DNA of 64,000 bases from Yuukianura sp. NJ FZ-2021 (Eukaryota): positions 7,378,001 to 7,442,000 of the forward strand of contig CM102286.1 in assembly GCA_046563655.1 (NCBI GenBank), given 5' to 3'. Within the stretch, counting starts at the first letter, position 1, and each line of letters starts with the position of its first letter. Below the pieces are notes generated by a model that was not told where the DNA came from, did not search any database, and saw only the letters and a program-made list of their open reading frames with translations. Shown piece by piece: positions 1 through 13,528 of this stretch. The position numbers were made by a program, and so were the translations under genes.

Positions 1-119
1 TTCACGGTAGTTTAGAACAACAGTAGTGCCAGGGAAAGCTTGTTCAAAAAAAAGGTCAAAATTTAGTTCAAAATTTTTCTAAACACTGGTTCAAAAGATT
101 TGTTTTAAAAGGGGGAGTG

Positions 120-3100
120 ATGTCCACTGAACTGAGGAATGCAATTAAAGTTGCTGCGCTCTACCCTCCAATGCAACATGAAGAAAAGGCTTGTAATCAG
201 CAGAAGCTGCGAGAACCTAAGCAACTTTACAGCGCCACTTCACTACAGCATCCTCCCAAGTGGCCAATAGAATGTCAGGTAATTTTAATTAAAAAAAGCT
301 TGATTGGAATATTATGTGTTGAAACTTTTTAACACAAGTTTTAACTCAAATGTTTCAACTTAACAAATTGTAATAAATTTGAATAGGTTGTTCCAGAAAA
401 AGTCGAGCAACTAAATATTCCACCTACAATTCCGGAACCGTTTTATGTAACAACAAATTCAGAACCGCAACCGAGGCCAGTCGGAGAGGAAATGGGAACT
501 GTAATTTACGACTATCAGCCAAAACTCTGCGTTGATTATGTAATACATATTTAATAATTACATTTTACAAGTCAATTTCAAGAGAAAAATGAAATTTTTT
601 GATTTTTTTCTCAAGTATTGTCGTTCATCTTTTGTTGGAGCTGAGGAACTAACAGCCTATGATTTTGATGAAACGACACTGAAATTTGAATCGCGGTTTG
701 AAGGTGGAAATCTTGCAAAAGTAATTAAGGTGACCAACGTTTTTTACGAACTGTACCTCCGACCAGATATGTACACAGACAGACATGCGCAATGGTACTA
801 CTTCCGAATACGAAACATGAAAGAAAATATTGTTTACAGGTGGAGTTGTTTGATATACTATGTAAATTATTGAAAATGGATTGCTTAGAACAGATTTTGA
901 TGAGTTTTGTTCCTATTGTTGGGGTTTCCTTAGATTTTCAATAGTGAACTTAAGTAAGGCCGACAGTCTGTATCGGTATGGAATGAAACCACTTCTGTAT
1001 TCAGAGAAAAACGCTCAAATGAATGGCGTCGGGTGGATGCGAACTGGCCACAATATTTCATACTACAAAAACGACATTATGTAATTCCAATGTGGTACAA
1101 TAATTTTTCAAAAACAAATTAAGTTTATATGTGCTTTTATTTAAATAGGATGACTGAGAATTCTGTTACGTACACTCTTACGTTCAACTTAAAATTTCAA
1201 CACAGCGATGATACGGTTTATATTGCTCAGTGCTATCCCTACACATACTCAAATCTCCAATTGTATCTACAGGAAATTCAGGTTATACGCAAACAAGCGA
1301 TGTTAAAAGTTAATAATTTGAATTAATTATTCCCTTAAGCTGTATTATATTTTATTCCGTAAATTTTAGTCTGATCCACATAGAGCGCGTCTTTGTCAGC
1401 AGCGTCTTTTGTGCAAGTCCTTGGCAGGAAATAATGTTTATGTGCTGACCATCACAGCTCCAGAAAGTCAAGAAGAAGAAGAGCAGGTCAAAGTTAGTCC
1501 TAAATATTTTAACCACACATATTTTGTTGTCCTCTAATTTGCCACAGAACAAAAAATTTCTCTGTTTAGAAGCCAGCAATCGTGTTAACGGCTCGTGTTC
1601 ACCCTGGAGAAAGTCCATCATCGTTTATGATGAAGGGGGTAATTGACTTCCTCACAAGTGAAAGTCCTCATGCGGAGGTCAGTATAGCTTTGAAAGCATA
1701 AGTATTTGTGTACCGAACCTCTAAAACTACATTGTTGTAATTTTTAGGTTCTGCGGAATCGTTTCATATTCAAGATAATTCCGATGTTGAATCCTGACGG
1801 AGTGGTTGTTGGAAACTCAAGGTGCTGCTTGTTAGGTCAAGATTTGAACAGACAGTATCGAACTGTTCTACGCGAAGCGTTTCCACAAATTTATCAAAAG
1901 AAAGTCCTCCTCCGACGACTTGTGGATGAAAACGGGATTTTTCTATATTGTGATATTCATGGCCATTCCAGAAAGAACAATGTTTTCATGTACGGTTGTG
2001 AAAATAGACGACTCTCTGAAAAGAAACTGACGGAACAAGTTTTTCCATTAATGATGCACAAGAATGCTGCGGATAAGGTAGCGTAGATGCTTCCGAACAT
2101 TCATTTCCACTTGAAATTGTAAATATCCGACCAACCGTGTTATCCGTACGTAAATACCTTTGTTGGTTTCAGTTTTCGTTTTCTAATTGCAAATTCCGGA
2201 TTCAGAAAAGTAAGGAAGGAACCGGCAGAATTTTTGTGTGGACGCTTGGGGTAACAAATAGGTAAATCATCTTCACTGTAAATCCTTCTGAAATTGCCAA
2301 ATAATCAAATTTTACGATGAAATGTTTGCAGTTATACTCTAGAAATTTCACTTTGCGGATCCACCCTTGTGTCCAGAGAAAATACGCATTTCAATTTCGT
2401 CGATTACGAAGACCTTGGACGCCACTTTTGTGAAACATTGCTAGATTACTCGGATACAACGGCATCTAAGGTATAATCAGAATAATTACCAGTGATATTT
2501 CCTTGGCCCTCATTGTTTTTTAAATTTAGGAAAAAATTAGACTTAAAATCTTGGAAAAACTGAAAACTGAAGGATCAACAGCAGAGGAGCCAAAAAATAT
2601 TCCGATTTCGGATTACTCCAGGTTGTCAATTTTTTTTCAATCATTTGTGGTTCTTGAAAATATATCATCTCCAACTTAAACTTAAAATTTTTTGCTCAGT
2701 TTTACACATTGTTGCTAATACTGGATGAAAAGTGTGCAAGTATTTTATTTTCATAATTTTTTTTCCAGTTTATCTCATAGTGATTCCGACAATGAATCAG
2801 ATACCACAGAAGACGATGATGAGTTAGATACAGCAAAATCAAAGGCGTCCATTGCTCGTCAAGCGTCCTTGCGGACCATGAGAAACAAAAAGCCGTCGAA
2901 ACCGAAATCTGAAGAAGGAATGCCACGATACGTCAAAGCTGAATCTATTGAAGGGAAGCGTTGTGGACAACGCCGGCGTGCTATTGGCAGGTTGGATTCA
3001 GCCCAGAAATCCAGGCGTTCAGCGATTTCTCGCTCGAAAAACTCTCCGTCAGAGAGCGCAACAATAGCCGTTGACGATATTAGTTCTGAACGTCAAATGA

Positions 3101-4072
3101 ATCCAACTGCATGTGTTGTGAAATGTAAGCACGGCTTTCGTTAAAGACATAAATGCAAGAAGACTTAATTAAAGTTGATACGCATGTCAATATATACGTT
3201 GTTCAGGTACAAGCGTCCGGATTGACGATCCATTCCGACCTCCTGGCATCAGCGTCATAACAGCGCCAGAGAGCCAAGAAGAAACGGTTGACACTGGGAC
3301 ACAAACAGAAGACGAATGTGACTTCAGTGATGCAACTTTTCGGAATGACATTTATTTAACGACGCCTAGAGCAAGGACTAAAAGCTTGGTCACCAGTTTT
3401 GAATCACTGAATCTATTGCCGAGGTTTCGAAGGTTTGGATTCGAGACTACATACATGTGCTAGCTTGCAAAGTTTCATTAAACTAAAAATTAAAATTTCG
3501 ATTTCAGATCTCAAAGCAAATCTGACGTTCCGAGAGCACAAACTCGCACGAAAATTTTCCAGAAGTCTAAAACCCGGACTGAATCAAATTCTTCAAAGTC
3601 GGATTTTACAAAATCCGTTTTCATACATTCCAAATCGACAGCAGAACTATCGCTGCAAACCAAATCCAAGAAACAAAGCAGCAGAATTCAGCACAGCAGA
3701 AGCCATGATGGAACGGAACCAAATAAATTGTGCAGCACGACAATTCCAGAAAATAATTTGTTTGCTAACGCATATCCTCGATATGTTGGTTCTTCTAAAA
3801 TTTCGGCAACGTTTTTGCGTCAATCCTACTCACAACCTCAAGTCCCTGAACTGTTACAAACGTATCGACGCGTGTCGTGGGGATGTACTTTGTCAATTCC
3901 AAACGAAGCACGACGTCATTCCAGTCACTCCATTTCAAACGAAACAGTTTTTCCTAAACCAAAGTCGTTAGGGGTATCACCGCAGTGCAAGCGAGGCTTG
4001 CCCCCAGCAACCGTACCTAGATCAAGTAATGGCAAAGTCGCAAATTCAAAATCTAGACAAAATAGATGTTAA
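120..4072 (+). CDS. Cytosolic carboxypeptidase (M14D, CCP2/3 / Nna1-like tubulin deglutamylase), multi-exon, with long low-complexity C-terminal tail
   Basis: Spliced translation gives [30 protein letters not shown], zinc-binding [11 protein letters not shown] (~1590-1620), [23 protein letters not shown] and catalytic [11 protein letters not shown] (~2330-2360). GT-AG introns keep the frame to the stop at 4072. The true start could lie upstream of the window. Confidence 0.9.
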
Positions 4073-4303
4073 ATTGTTAAACACAGCATTCCCAAGTCGC
4101 GACTTTTATATCAAGAAATTAGTAAACGTTGTTCATGAATTTTCAAATTTTTTAATAAAAAAAAATATGACACAAGAGTTGCCATGTTAACAACAAATGT
4201 GATGAATAAATGAAATTAAAACACAGTCGTAAAAGAATAGCAACTTTTTTTTTGCTTCGTGCTTTTGCTCCATTTTTCGTAGACGAGTAAAAGCCACAGT
4301 CAA

Positions 4304-6617
4304 ATGAACTTTCGTCTTTTGAACATCATGGTAAGTCATAAAAGTGTCAACGTGATTCATTCTTGGTTTTTGGTCTGTTTTAATCGTTCTGTTGAATCTT
4401 TAAGGATAAAAGACCAATTGAAAATTTGGCCGTTCCTCACACGAGCATTTTAACCGAGATCTCGGACGTAGCTCCACCCAAAGGTACAACGAAAATGAAG
4501 GCTAAACAGTCCACACCCATGCGCACAAAGAAGAGCGTTGTGAAAGATGGTAACACTAAAACTAATGGTAAATGGAATTGTCCTCATTTTAATTTCTATT
4601 AGTAATTTATCATTGTAATAATAAATATTTATATAATAGAAATTATGTTTTAGATACGACGGTTCAGCCAATCACAACTGCACCAGCTTTGGGGCAAGCT
4701 GCGGAAGCAACTGGAACAGCAGTAGCCGGAACTCAAGGAAATTCTGTTGGGTCACCTGAATTGATGGCTGCCCTTAACGCTGTACTGAAGGTCAACCTCG
4801 TTCTGTATTTTCAGGCTAATTTTGCTAACAAAGCACTTTTAAGCTCATAATTTTTATATTGGGACAGAAGAAAAAGGCTACCGGGAGACCGACTACTGCG
4901 GTAAACGAGAAACCGAAGACTGGAATAGAGAAACCGATAAATGCTCTGGAGAAACCGAGCACTTCTGTTACATCGGAAGCGTCCAGTACTCAAGGAGTGG
5001 CTGAACAGTCCGAAGACACAGCGTCAGCGTCAGTGCCACTGAAGAAAACCAGATCGAGAAAGATCACAAAATCACGTCGTGGACCTCGCAAGTCAATGAA
5101 ACGACGTGTCACAGGGTCGAAAAGTGCTACGGTACGTGCATCAAAGTGTATGTAACCCATATGATGCAAAAATTCCTAACCAACTTCTGAAATCTTTGTC
5201 TAAATAGTCGACCGACATAAACCAGAACAAAGCCGCTGCCAGCCTTCCTGGAGCTACGGTTGGTAATACGTCAGCGACCAAGCCAAGCTCGGCGCCTGGC
5301 CCAAGTTCAGCGTTGACCAAAAGTCAAAAGGTGAATGTGAATTCGACAAGCCCCAGCGAGAGACCTTCTACCGCCATTCGCAAGAAAACTGGTAACAAAA
5401 AGCAAGTTGAGAAGACTGGTAGTCATGCAGGGTTGGACAATGATGTTGCTCCGGGTCAAGCAAACCAAAATGCAACCTCAGTGAAGGTCAAAAGGAAAAA
5501 GAGTCGGGCAAAGAAAGCTCCGATAAAGAAGGAGGCAAAATCCGTGGAAGCTGCTGCTGATGAGCCTATTCCGTAAGAATACATTAATTAATCAAATAAT
5601 TGAATTAATCAAGCAAAACAGTCACGCCTCTTTGTTTTGTGTTCATTTTAGGACCAAAGACGTTGATAGCTCCGATGACCTCCACCATTTGTATCGACTC
5701 CAGAAGGCACTTCAAACTGAGACAGATGAGTTGATTGCCAAAATCAACATTGAACGGAAGAACCGCTTAGGAACTGCAAAAGCTACGCAGGCGCAAGGTC
5801 AGAAACGTTGTAGTAAGTAAAAGTTTACTGTTAAAACGTTCACAGTTAGAATGAAATTAACTGGATGCTGTTCCAGACGAGATTTCTGGCACGGAAGCAG
5901 AGAGTTTGGGCAAGTTGCGCAGTCTCCTGGAAAGTCAAAAGAAAATCATCCAAATTCAAATCGATCTCTGTCCAGGGTACCCTTCTCCAGGATTACAAAT
6001 TGTGTCATAAATTTATCCTAACGTGCTTCAAAAGTTTGTTGTGAATTACTAGGTTAACACATTGTACCAGCAGCGTGCCCAACCTGACGAGTGACAAAGT
6101 CATGGGATTCCAAAATGGTATGTGAAACCGGGAAATTTTGAATCCGCAGTTTGAAATGGGTGCTAAATTTTTTATTCTTATTTCAGAAAGTGATGTTGAC
6201 CGCTTTGAGCTGTTTGCTCCTTACGCTTGCCAGCGCGATGGAAAGATGGTGTTCCACTGCTCTCTTTGCAATGTGAGCAGCGATTCGGAATTGGTGAGGA
6301 ACTATTTAAAAATTGTTACCATTAATTAATGTTCGTTAGTTACATATGTACTTAACCAGCATCGACTGTATTTGCAGTTGTTTCGTCTTCATTTGGAGTC
6401 TCCGGAACACCATTTCCAAGTTTACAAAGATATTGAGAAAGATGTACCCGAAGTACCTGGAGCCCAGCAGCGAAACTACGCTCGTTCTGTGATGAATCTG
6501 AAGGGAGCAAAGAAACCGGTGAAGTCAGTACTTGAGCCAGTCGTCAAAGTATCCGCCCCAGAGAAACCAATTGCTAAGGCTACTTCTGGCGGAGAGATGC
6601 TGCAAGGTTTGGTTTGA
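4304..6617 (+). CDS. Uncharacterised Lys/Ser/Thr-rich protein with a single C-terminal U1/matrin-type C2H2 zinc finger (~10 exons)
   Basis: Exons starting at ~4304, 4406, 4654, 4868, 5208, 5652, 5877, 6053, 6187 and 6378 join in frame through GT-AG introns. The last two exons form CSLC-x12-H-x5-H (CSLCNVSSDSEL|LFRLHLESPEH). Confidence 0.65.
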
Positions 6618-7151
6618 ATCCAACCCTCAACAAAAATGTCGCCTAAATGTTAAACTTTTCATTGATGAAGTCCATCTCCGCGATTTCATCAACCAAAATC
6701 CATTTGAAGCTGCATATAACATATTTTTGAAACTATTCGTACTCATTACACAATTAAAAATAAACATGAAATAAAAAACAATTATGTGCTGAACATTCAA
6801 CCGAGGGATAAATTTTTGAAGCAGTCCTCAAAAATGGAAAATGTTTAATACGTTATAAGCTTTTAAAATTCTAACGTATTCTTAGTTAGTCAAGTCAAAC
6901 AGCTTGAATATGTAAGTCACTTTGATACAGTCACTTAACCTAAAGCGCCTAACGAGACGTAACAAATTACAAGAATAGTAAATACTTGACGATTATATGC
7001 AGTATCACTAGCACGGAACACAACAGCGACCTTTACTTGTAAAAATGACTCGACTGGTAAGTGCCACCTTGGCCTCGGCAGAGAATTGTGTATTGACTGG
7101 TGCCTGAAAGTCAAAATGTACTTCGAACTGACCATATCCCGTCGAAGTTGT

Positions 7152-8681
7152 TCAGGTCAGTTTCTTCTTTGTTGCCGTGTACCTCTCCATGTACTGAAAA
7201 AAAAAAGGTTAAAACAACGCTTCAGGACAATATTTACAGGGTTGTGATACTTAATGTACTTCCAAATGTTACCTTTTCGTATCCTTCCAAGGCAGAGAAT
7301 TTCTTCATGTCCATTTTGTTTCCTTCAACCAGTAGTAAGGAAATCGGGGAATCGGTTAGTATGCTTACTGGAAAATCTTGTAGTGTAATTAAATTGTTCT
7401 CCAGCCTCAGCGTTTTGAGATTGGGACATCGGCTAAGATCTTGAGACACTCTCTTGATCTAAAACCAGAAAATATTACGTTTACGACAAATGTGGATTTA
7501 TGGACATGGATTTGGCATCTCCAGTTTTCAAATTACGTGGTTCTGATTCAAAATCAACTCAACAACGCTCAGCTCTCCAACCCCATTGGGAATTTCCGTT
7601 AAACGATTTCGGGTTAAATCCAGAACGTTTAGGGACTTCAGACCGCAGAAGACTTTTGGAAATGTCGTCAACGCATTGTCACTGCAATAAAAGAAACAAA
7701 AATTCATACGGTTACATTACATCATTCATTTCAAAAATTTCAAAAATTCAAAAAATGAAAGAACGAAACATTTCGTGTTCCTAAGTCCTTACCATGCAAT
7801 GCACGAATTGGAAAAAGTAACGAAGTGGTTAAGACGTGGTTAGTTTACGATTGTTGTGGGTAACCACCTTAGGTAATTAAAGCACGCGCTACTAAACTTA
7901 TCAATTACATTGAAATCAATTTCGACTTGAACATTCTTATGTCCTTTGTACATTTCCCGAAACCCAAATGCCGTTTGAAAGTTTTTGTACTCTACCTTGC
8001 AATTTGAATGAAGGATGTTATAGGAAGGGAGCAGGGACTTTGTTTGTGCACAACGATTTTGATTGTCTAATAAATTAAAGGTTTTGTCAGTTTCACCTTT
8101 TTACAAACATTTACCTTAAATTGACTTCGCGTAATTTCTGTAGCTTCGGGAGGTTCGCCGGGACTCTATGAATCTTATTATTACTCAACGTTAAAGTTTC
8201 CAGCTTCACCAAAGCCCCCAATTGCTCCGGAATGATTCCTGCAATAAAATAAAAATCCAAATAGTTATGAAAAAAAAATTGAACCTTCTGAAATTATTTA
8301 CCTAACGCTAGAGGTAAACATTATTATAGACTTGTAGTGAAAAACGGGCAATGCAATGTTTTAACAAATCATACCCAATTGGTTGCTGCTTAGGTTTAGA
8401 TGTTTTAAATTCACGAATACTCCAATGTTGTCCGGTATGGACCCGATGCTGTTGTCCGATAAATCTATGTGCCTCAGGACTTGGACCAAACTGACAAGCT
8501 CCGGCGGAAACTGTAACAGATTTTTGTCAGTAACACATTCATGCTATTTATTAATAATACTTACTACAACGGTTTTAAATGTTCAAAAACTAGTAACCTG
8601 CTGCAATTTTGCCTTCGACAAGTGAAACACCCCAGTTTTGCTGGACATTTCAATGTGCTGTCGAATTCCATGATTTCCCAT
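7152..8681 (-). CDS. LRRC57: Leucine-rich repeat-containing protein 57 homolog (6 exons)
   Basis: N-terminus MGNHGIRQHIEMSSKTGVFHLS; LRR exons including 7537-7681 (DNALTTFPKVFCGLKSLNVLDLTRNRL); C-terminus LSRCPNLKTLRLENN...LEGYEK|YMERYTATKKKLT*, matching the LRRC57 ends as I recall them. Confidence 0.9.
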
Positions 8682-9313
8682 GTTCCTACGGAAAGGACGA
8701 GACTAATAAAAGTTTAGGTTGAAATTAAATGAGATTAACTAAATAGTATTTAAAAACGGTAAATCCTGTACTATTGTCTAAAATGTGTCAGCAACTTATT
8801 TCAGTTAACATATGTCGGCAAATATGTAACCTAAAATAAACAACAAAGTAGAAACCCAGGTTGAGTGAAATATTCCGACCTCTGATCTGACACTTTTCCG
8901 ATTTGGACTTGGAGTTTTCTCATGTGCTCATGTGCAAAATTCTCAAATCAGAAAATCAAATTCGTATTTCACACCTTGGAAAAGCACATGTTGCAAAATG
9001 TGTTTTAGCTGCGTAAAGGATATTTTTGAACAAAACAACTTGGTTGCTACATACGGATACGGTTATTGATACGTTCAAATAGAAATATGTAACTTGTAAA
9101 AGAATTTACAAACTGTCAGTGGGGATTGGGGAATCAATACATCAGGATCTCTACTTGTTAAACGTAAGCATTGGAAGTTATTAGAAATACTGTATGTAAG
9201 TGTCTAAAGTGTAATAATCGAGTGGGTTTTCACGTACGTTCTGCTAAACTTCCTCATTTTCGATTTTTGAATTAGGAAACACATCCGGCTCAGCGTGTCA
9301 ACAGTCAGCAGCT

Positions 9314-12300
9314 ATGCGTGAATCCAAGAAAAATAACACCGCAAGGTGTGCCCCTCCAGTTATCGATGATGAAAGGTTCAAGAACGCTCTTACGGATCCG
9401 ATCTTTCGGAGAGTACCGAAGAAAGAAAAGAAGGTGGATATCGACAACAGATTCAAGTCTATGTTTCATGTAAGTGACTACTACTTGTGGAACATGCTCG
9501 ACTCTGACTGCTCGTGTTACCCCTAATTTTGAATTTGGACAGCTAGGAAGGGAACGTTCAATATTTACTTCGGAATTCATTCGTAGAGCAATGGGTTTAT
9601 TATGATGTTTATATTGTTTCTGTTTAGGCAAGAAACTTCAAAGCAAAGCAGCAGTTGGCATAGCTTTAGCAAGTTTTTTTTTTATATTATTCAATTTACC
9701 TAAATTTGTATGGTTGTATTGCAGGATAAGAAGTTTAAGCTGAAATACAACGTGGACAAACGTGGGCGTCCAATTGATTTGTCAACTAACGAGGATTTAC
9801 GACAATACTACAATTTAGTAGAAGATGACGATGAGAAGCAGGCGGCCACAAAGAAGAATGCAAGCGTTCCGACAATTACTCGCCAACCTGCGGATGGAGC
9901 TTCGGGAACAGAATCAGAATCCGACAGTAGAGATGAGGATAACGAAATTGAGGGCAACATTCTTGAGTCTGACATTAAGAAGCGGGATAAAAGCATCAAA
10001 TTATCCAAAACTATGAAGAAAAAGCTCCACGATACTACGCTTGACTTTGCGAGAGGAGACGGAATACTTGTGGAGGACTCATCGGATGATTCTGAATCAT
10101 CTGAGGACGAATTAGTTGATGGAGAGGATACTGTCCATGGCAAGAATAAAACTGTTGTACAATTCCTAATTTGACCGAACGTAAATGTGTTTTGCTTTCA
10201 GAATGGGGGGAGTTGGATAAAGATGCAGAAAGAACGGAAGAATCTACTAATCGACTTGCACTCTGCAACGCCGACTGGGACAGATTAAAAGCAGTTGATC
10301 TCATGGTCCTTTTTCACTCATTTCTACCGCCAGGAGGAGCACTGAGATCTATCAATGTAATGAAAAGGACAAGTTAAAACCATTAATACGATGCATTTTA
10401 ATTCCGGTTAACGCATATTTCAAAACTATAGATTTACACTTCGGAATATGGCAAAGAACGACTAGCGTATGAAGATGTACACGGTCCTACAGAATTGAAG
10501 AAAGGATCAGATTCGGAATCAGAAGTGAGTGAAGACGAGGAGGACGGGGACCAGCCTAAAACGTTGCTAAACAACACTGGTGACGATGAAGAAGGAGATG
10601 CGTACCACATGGAAAAACTGCGAAAATACCAACTGAATAGACTCAAGTAATGAAATAGGAATTCCCTGCACAGAAATAGTAATTGGAATTAACTGACAAA
10701 CACTTTTATTTCAGATACTTTTACGCAGTGCTGGAGTTCGATTCCGTGGCTACGGCAGAGAAGGTCTATGCCGAGTGCGATGGAATTGAATACGAGTCCA
10801 GTGCAACTCGTCTTGACTTAAGGTTCATTCCAGACAATATGACATTTGAAGATGTAAGTAAACACACTTAAATATTTGATTACACAACTTTGACTCTGCT
10901 TAATTAATATTTCCAAGTTTCCAAACTAAAAGACAGAATAAGTTTAACAGTCGTAGAATTGGAGTTTGTGATCACGTCCACGAGAAGTTATTATTTCCTA
11001 TTATGTTTCACAGCCACCTACCGATTCTTGTGACAGTTTACCATTGGCAGAGAAATATAGGCCAAGATTTTTCACAACCACAGCTTTACAGCAAGCCAAG
11101 GTGAGGAATACAACAGAATACTCTACTATATGAGTACTACATGATTTCCAGTTACTATGTGCAATGCCCAATGGTTTTCTGATTTATTTCAGGTGACACT
11201 TACTTGGGACGAAACTGATCCATTGCGACGAGAGTTAACACAAAAAGTACATAATCCAAAGGAAAAAATAGACGATGAAGACTTGCGAGCGTATTTGGCC
11301 TCTTCCGATTCAGAAGCTGAATCTGATAATGACGGTGGTAAGTTACTGTTTTAGGGTTATGACTCCCACATTTTGAATTATCCTGCAGACTTCAGTAAGT
11401 TGTTTGTTCCTTCCAGATGGTACAGAACCGGGAATTGGAAACACCATAGACAAGTATCGTGCGTTGCTGGAGTCAATTGAGACCAAGGAGAAGAAGGAGG
11501 TCAAAGACGTCGAAATGGAGATTACTTGGGGCGTCGGACTTAAAGAAAAGACGGAGTCACTCGTGCAGAAAAAGTTAGAGGAACAGGCAGCAGCGACATT
11601 GACACCATGGGAAGAAATCCTTGCAAAGAAAAAGGAGAAACGGAAATTGAAGAAAGTCCAACCAAAACTTCAGACCAAAGTTTCTGGAAGTGATGATGAT
11701 GACACTTCTGAGCAGGAGGAAGGTTTAAGTGATGATGACGTCGATGTCGACATGAATGATCCGTTCTTCCGAGATGAAATAGTATCCAACGAAATCATGA
11801 AAGCAAGCACTCAGAGGAAGAGAAATAAGGAGGCAAAGATCAAGACGCCGCGGTTTAACAATGATGACAACGATGTAAACTTACTGATTTGGAACATAAC
11901 AGTCGATAGCCTATTAATCTTCTCTTTTTTGTTAGGCTGCATTGGAGCTTCTTCTAATGGACGACATTGACAACAAAAAGCATTTTAATTTCAAACGGAT
12001 TGTTGAAACCGAAGTCGAGAGTAAAGCTAAGAAGAAAAGGAAAAATCGCAAGGCCAAGAAGACAGGAAGGGACGATAATAAGACAGTGGAAGACTCCTTT
12101 GAAGTTGATGTTGCTGATAATCGGTTCAGCGCTTTGTTCTCTTCTCATCATTACAATGTCGATCCATCGGATCCTAGTTTCAAAAAGACAAAAGGAATGG
12201 AAGCCATAGTGCAAGAAAAACATAAAAGACGAAGTGCTTTAGCTGATGCCGAGGTACCCTTTATCTAATATTAGTAACTGTACGACTTTGGTTACCGAAG

Positions 12301-12466
12301 ACAATGTTACTCTCAGTTTTTTAAATTGAAGGTGACGGAGAAGAAAACTACAGAAGCGGAGGATCCTCCGAATCCAAAAATCCGAAAAGGCGAACTAGCG
12401 TACCTCGTTAAGTCAGTCAAACGGAACACGGAAATGCTAAAAAGAAAAGGCAGTAAACGGAAATAG
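9314..12466 (+). CDS. ESF1: ESF1 homolog, nucleolar pre-rRNA processing protein
   Basis: Motifs [86 protein letters not shown] and NUC153-like [25 protein letters not shown]. Stop at 12464-12466, AATAAA at ~12514. Confidence 0.93.
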
Positions 12467-12582
12467 TTTTTTGCATAAGTTTCGTTTGACATTGGAAACT
12501 TGGAAATCGCTTTAATAAAATCTATTACGCTCCTTAGTTTCATACATGCGAAGGAAACAAAGATGTTAGGAGGCACTGTCTT

Positions 12583-13077
12583 TCACTTGAGCCACAATTT
12601 GAGACGGAGAGCATCTACTCCATTCAAGTAATACTGGAACAATCGGTTGTCGCGTACGAAGGTTAGGTTGTCATACAGCCGAAGTGCAGATTTGTTTGTG
12701 ATTTCAGGCTTCAGAACGTTCTGAAAAATCTCAGTTGTAACTTGATTCATTCTGTTGTAAAAGTTTTTATGTTTGTAAAAGTTGGTTACAACGATTACCT
12801 CATCGGCATCTTCTGCAGCCATTCCTCTAGTGGACTGACGGACTAGATTTGATCCTATCTTGCAGCGTCGATAGTTGTCATCCACAGCTAACATGACAGT
12901 GTAGCCTCGTTTGCTGTTCTGGTTATGAATATCCAGTGTGCAAACAATGGCACCGGACCTTTGTCTTCCTCTAAAGTCACGAAACACAATTTGGTCCAGT
13001 TGTAGATGAAGTAACGGTACGCGTAGATTGAGTACGGTTCGGATAAATCCGCCTGGATTAACCTCATAGTAATCGGC
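12583..13077 (-). pseudogene. Truncated, frameshifted duplicate of the last two NAA30 exons
   Basis: Collinear with 15140-15669 including the intron. It lacks the first coding exon, has a net -1 frameshift near 12955 (gacaaaggtccggtgcc vs gacaaggtcgtcggtgcc) and substitutions at conserved residues (CKLD>CTLD, GYIAML>GYTVML, LETE>LKPE). Confidence 0.85.
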
Positions 13078-13097
13078 CTATTACTTACTAAATACCT

Positions 13098-13521
13098 TGC
13101 TTATATAAGAAGAATAATGTTTTTACAGAAAATGCTTCCGGATGAAAGGTTCGGAAGTGCTTATAAAAGAAGAATTAACACTTTCCTTAGAAAACGAGAT
13201 TCTGGAAATCAATTGCAATAAAAGAGGAAATACAACAAAATTACTTTAAAACTAAAGCTAACAAAATAGTGTCAGGATGGAGAAAATTCGGATATGACGG
13301 TTCCGAAGAAACAGTGGAATTTACGTGGGTCCTTCAGACGAAAGTATTGGCAAAGGGATTACACTTCCATTTCATGGACTTGGAACTGGAATTAACAACA
13401 ACGTGAAATTACAAAACCAGCACCAATTTATCAATTAGCTTGACGATACTTGAAAACTAATTACTAAAGTGCGTATAATTGTAAAGTGCAAGGGAAGACA
13501 TTCTCACTCCGTAATAAACGG
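13098..13521 (-). repeat. Diverged copy of the Fas2 3' end (end of penultimate exon, last intron, last exon, 3'UTR; source ~24151-24592)
   Basis: Shared collinear blocks: agaattaacactttcct, cggatatgac, gtccttcagacgaaagtattggca, gtgcgta(t)ratt gtaaagtgcaagggaagaca and ctcactccgt. Confidence 0.88.
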
Positions 13522-13528
13522 CAAAGGA

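Noticed and set aside
7500..7784. Plus-strand 94-aa ORF, apparently nested in LRRC57
   Set aside because: It is the antisense shadow of LRRC57 exon 7537-7681.
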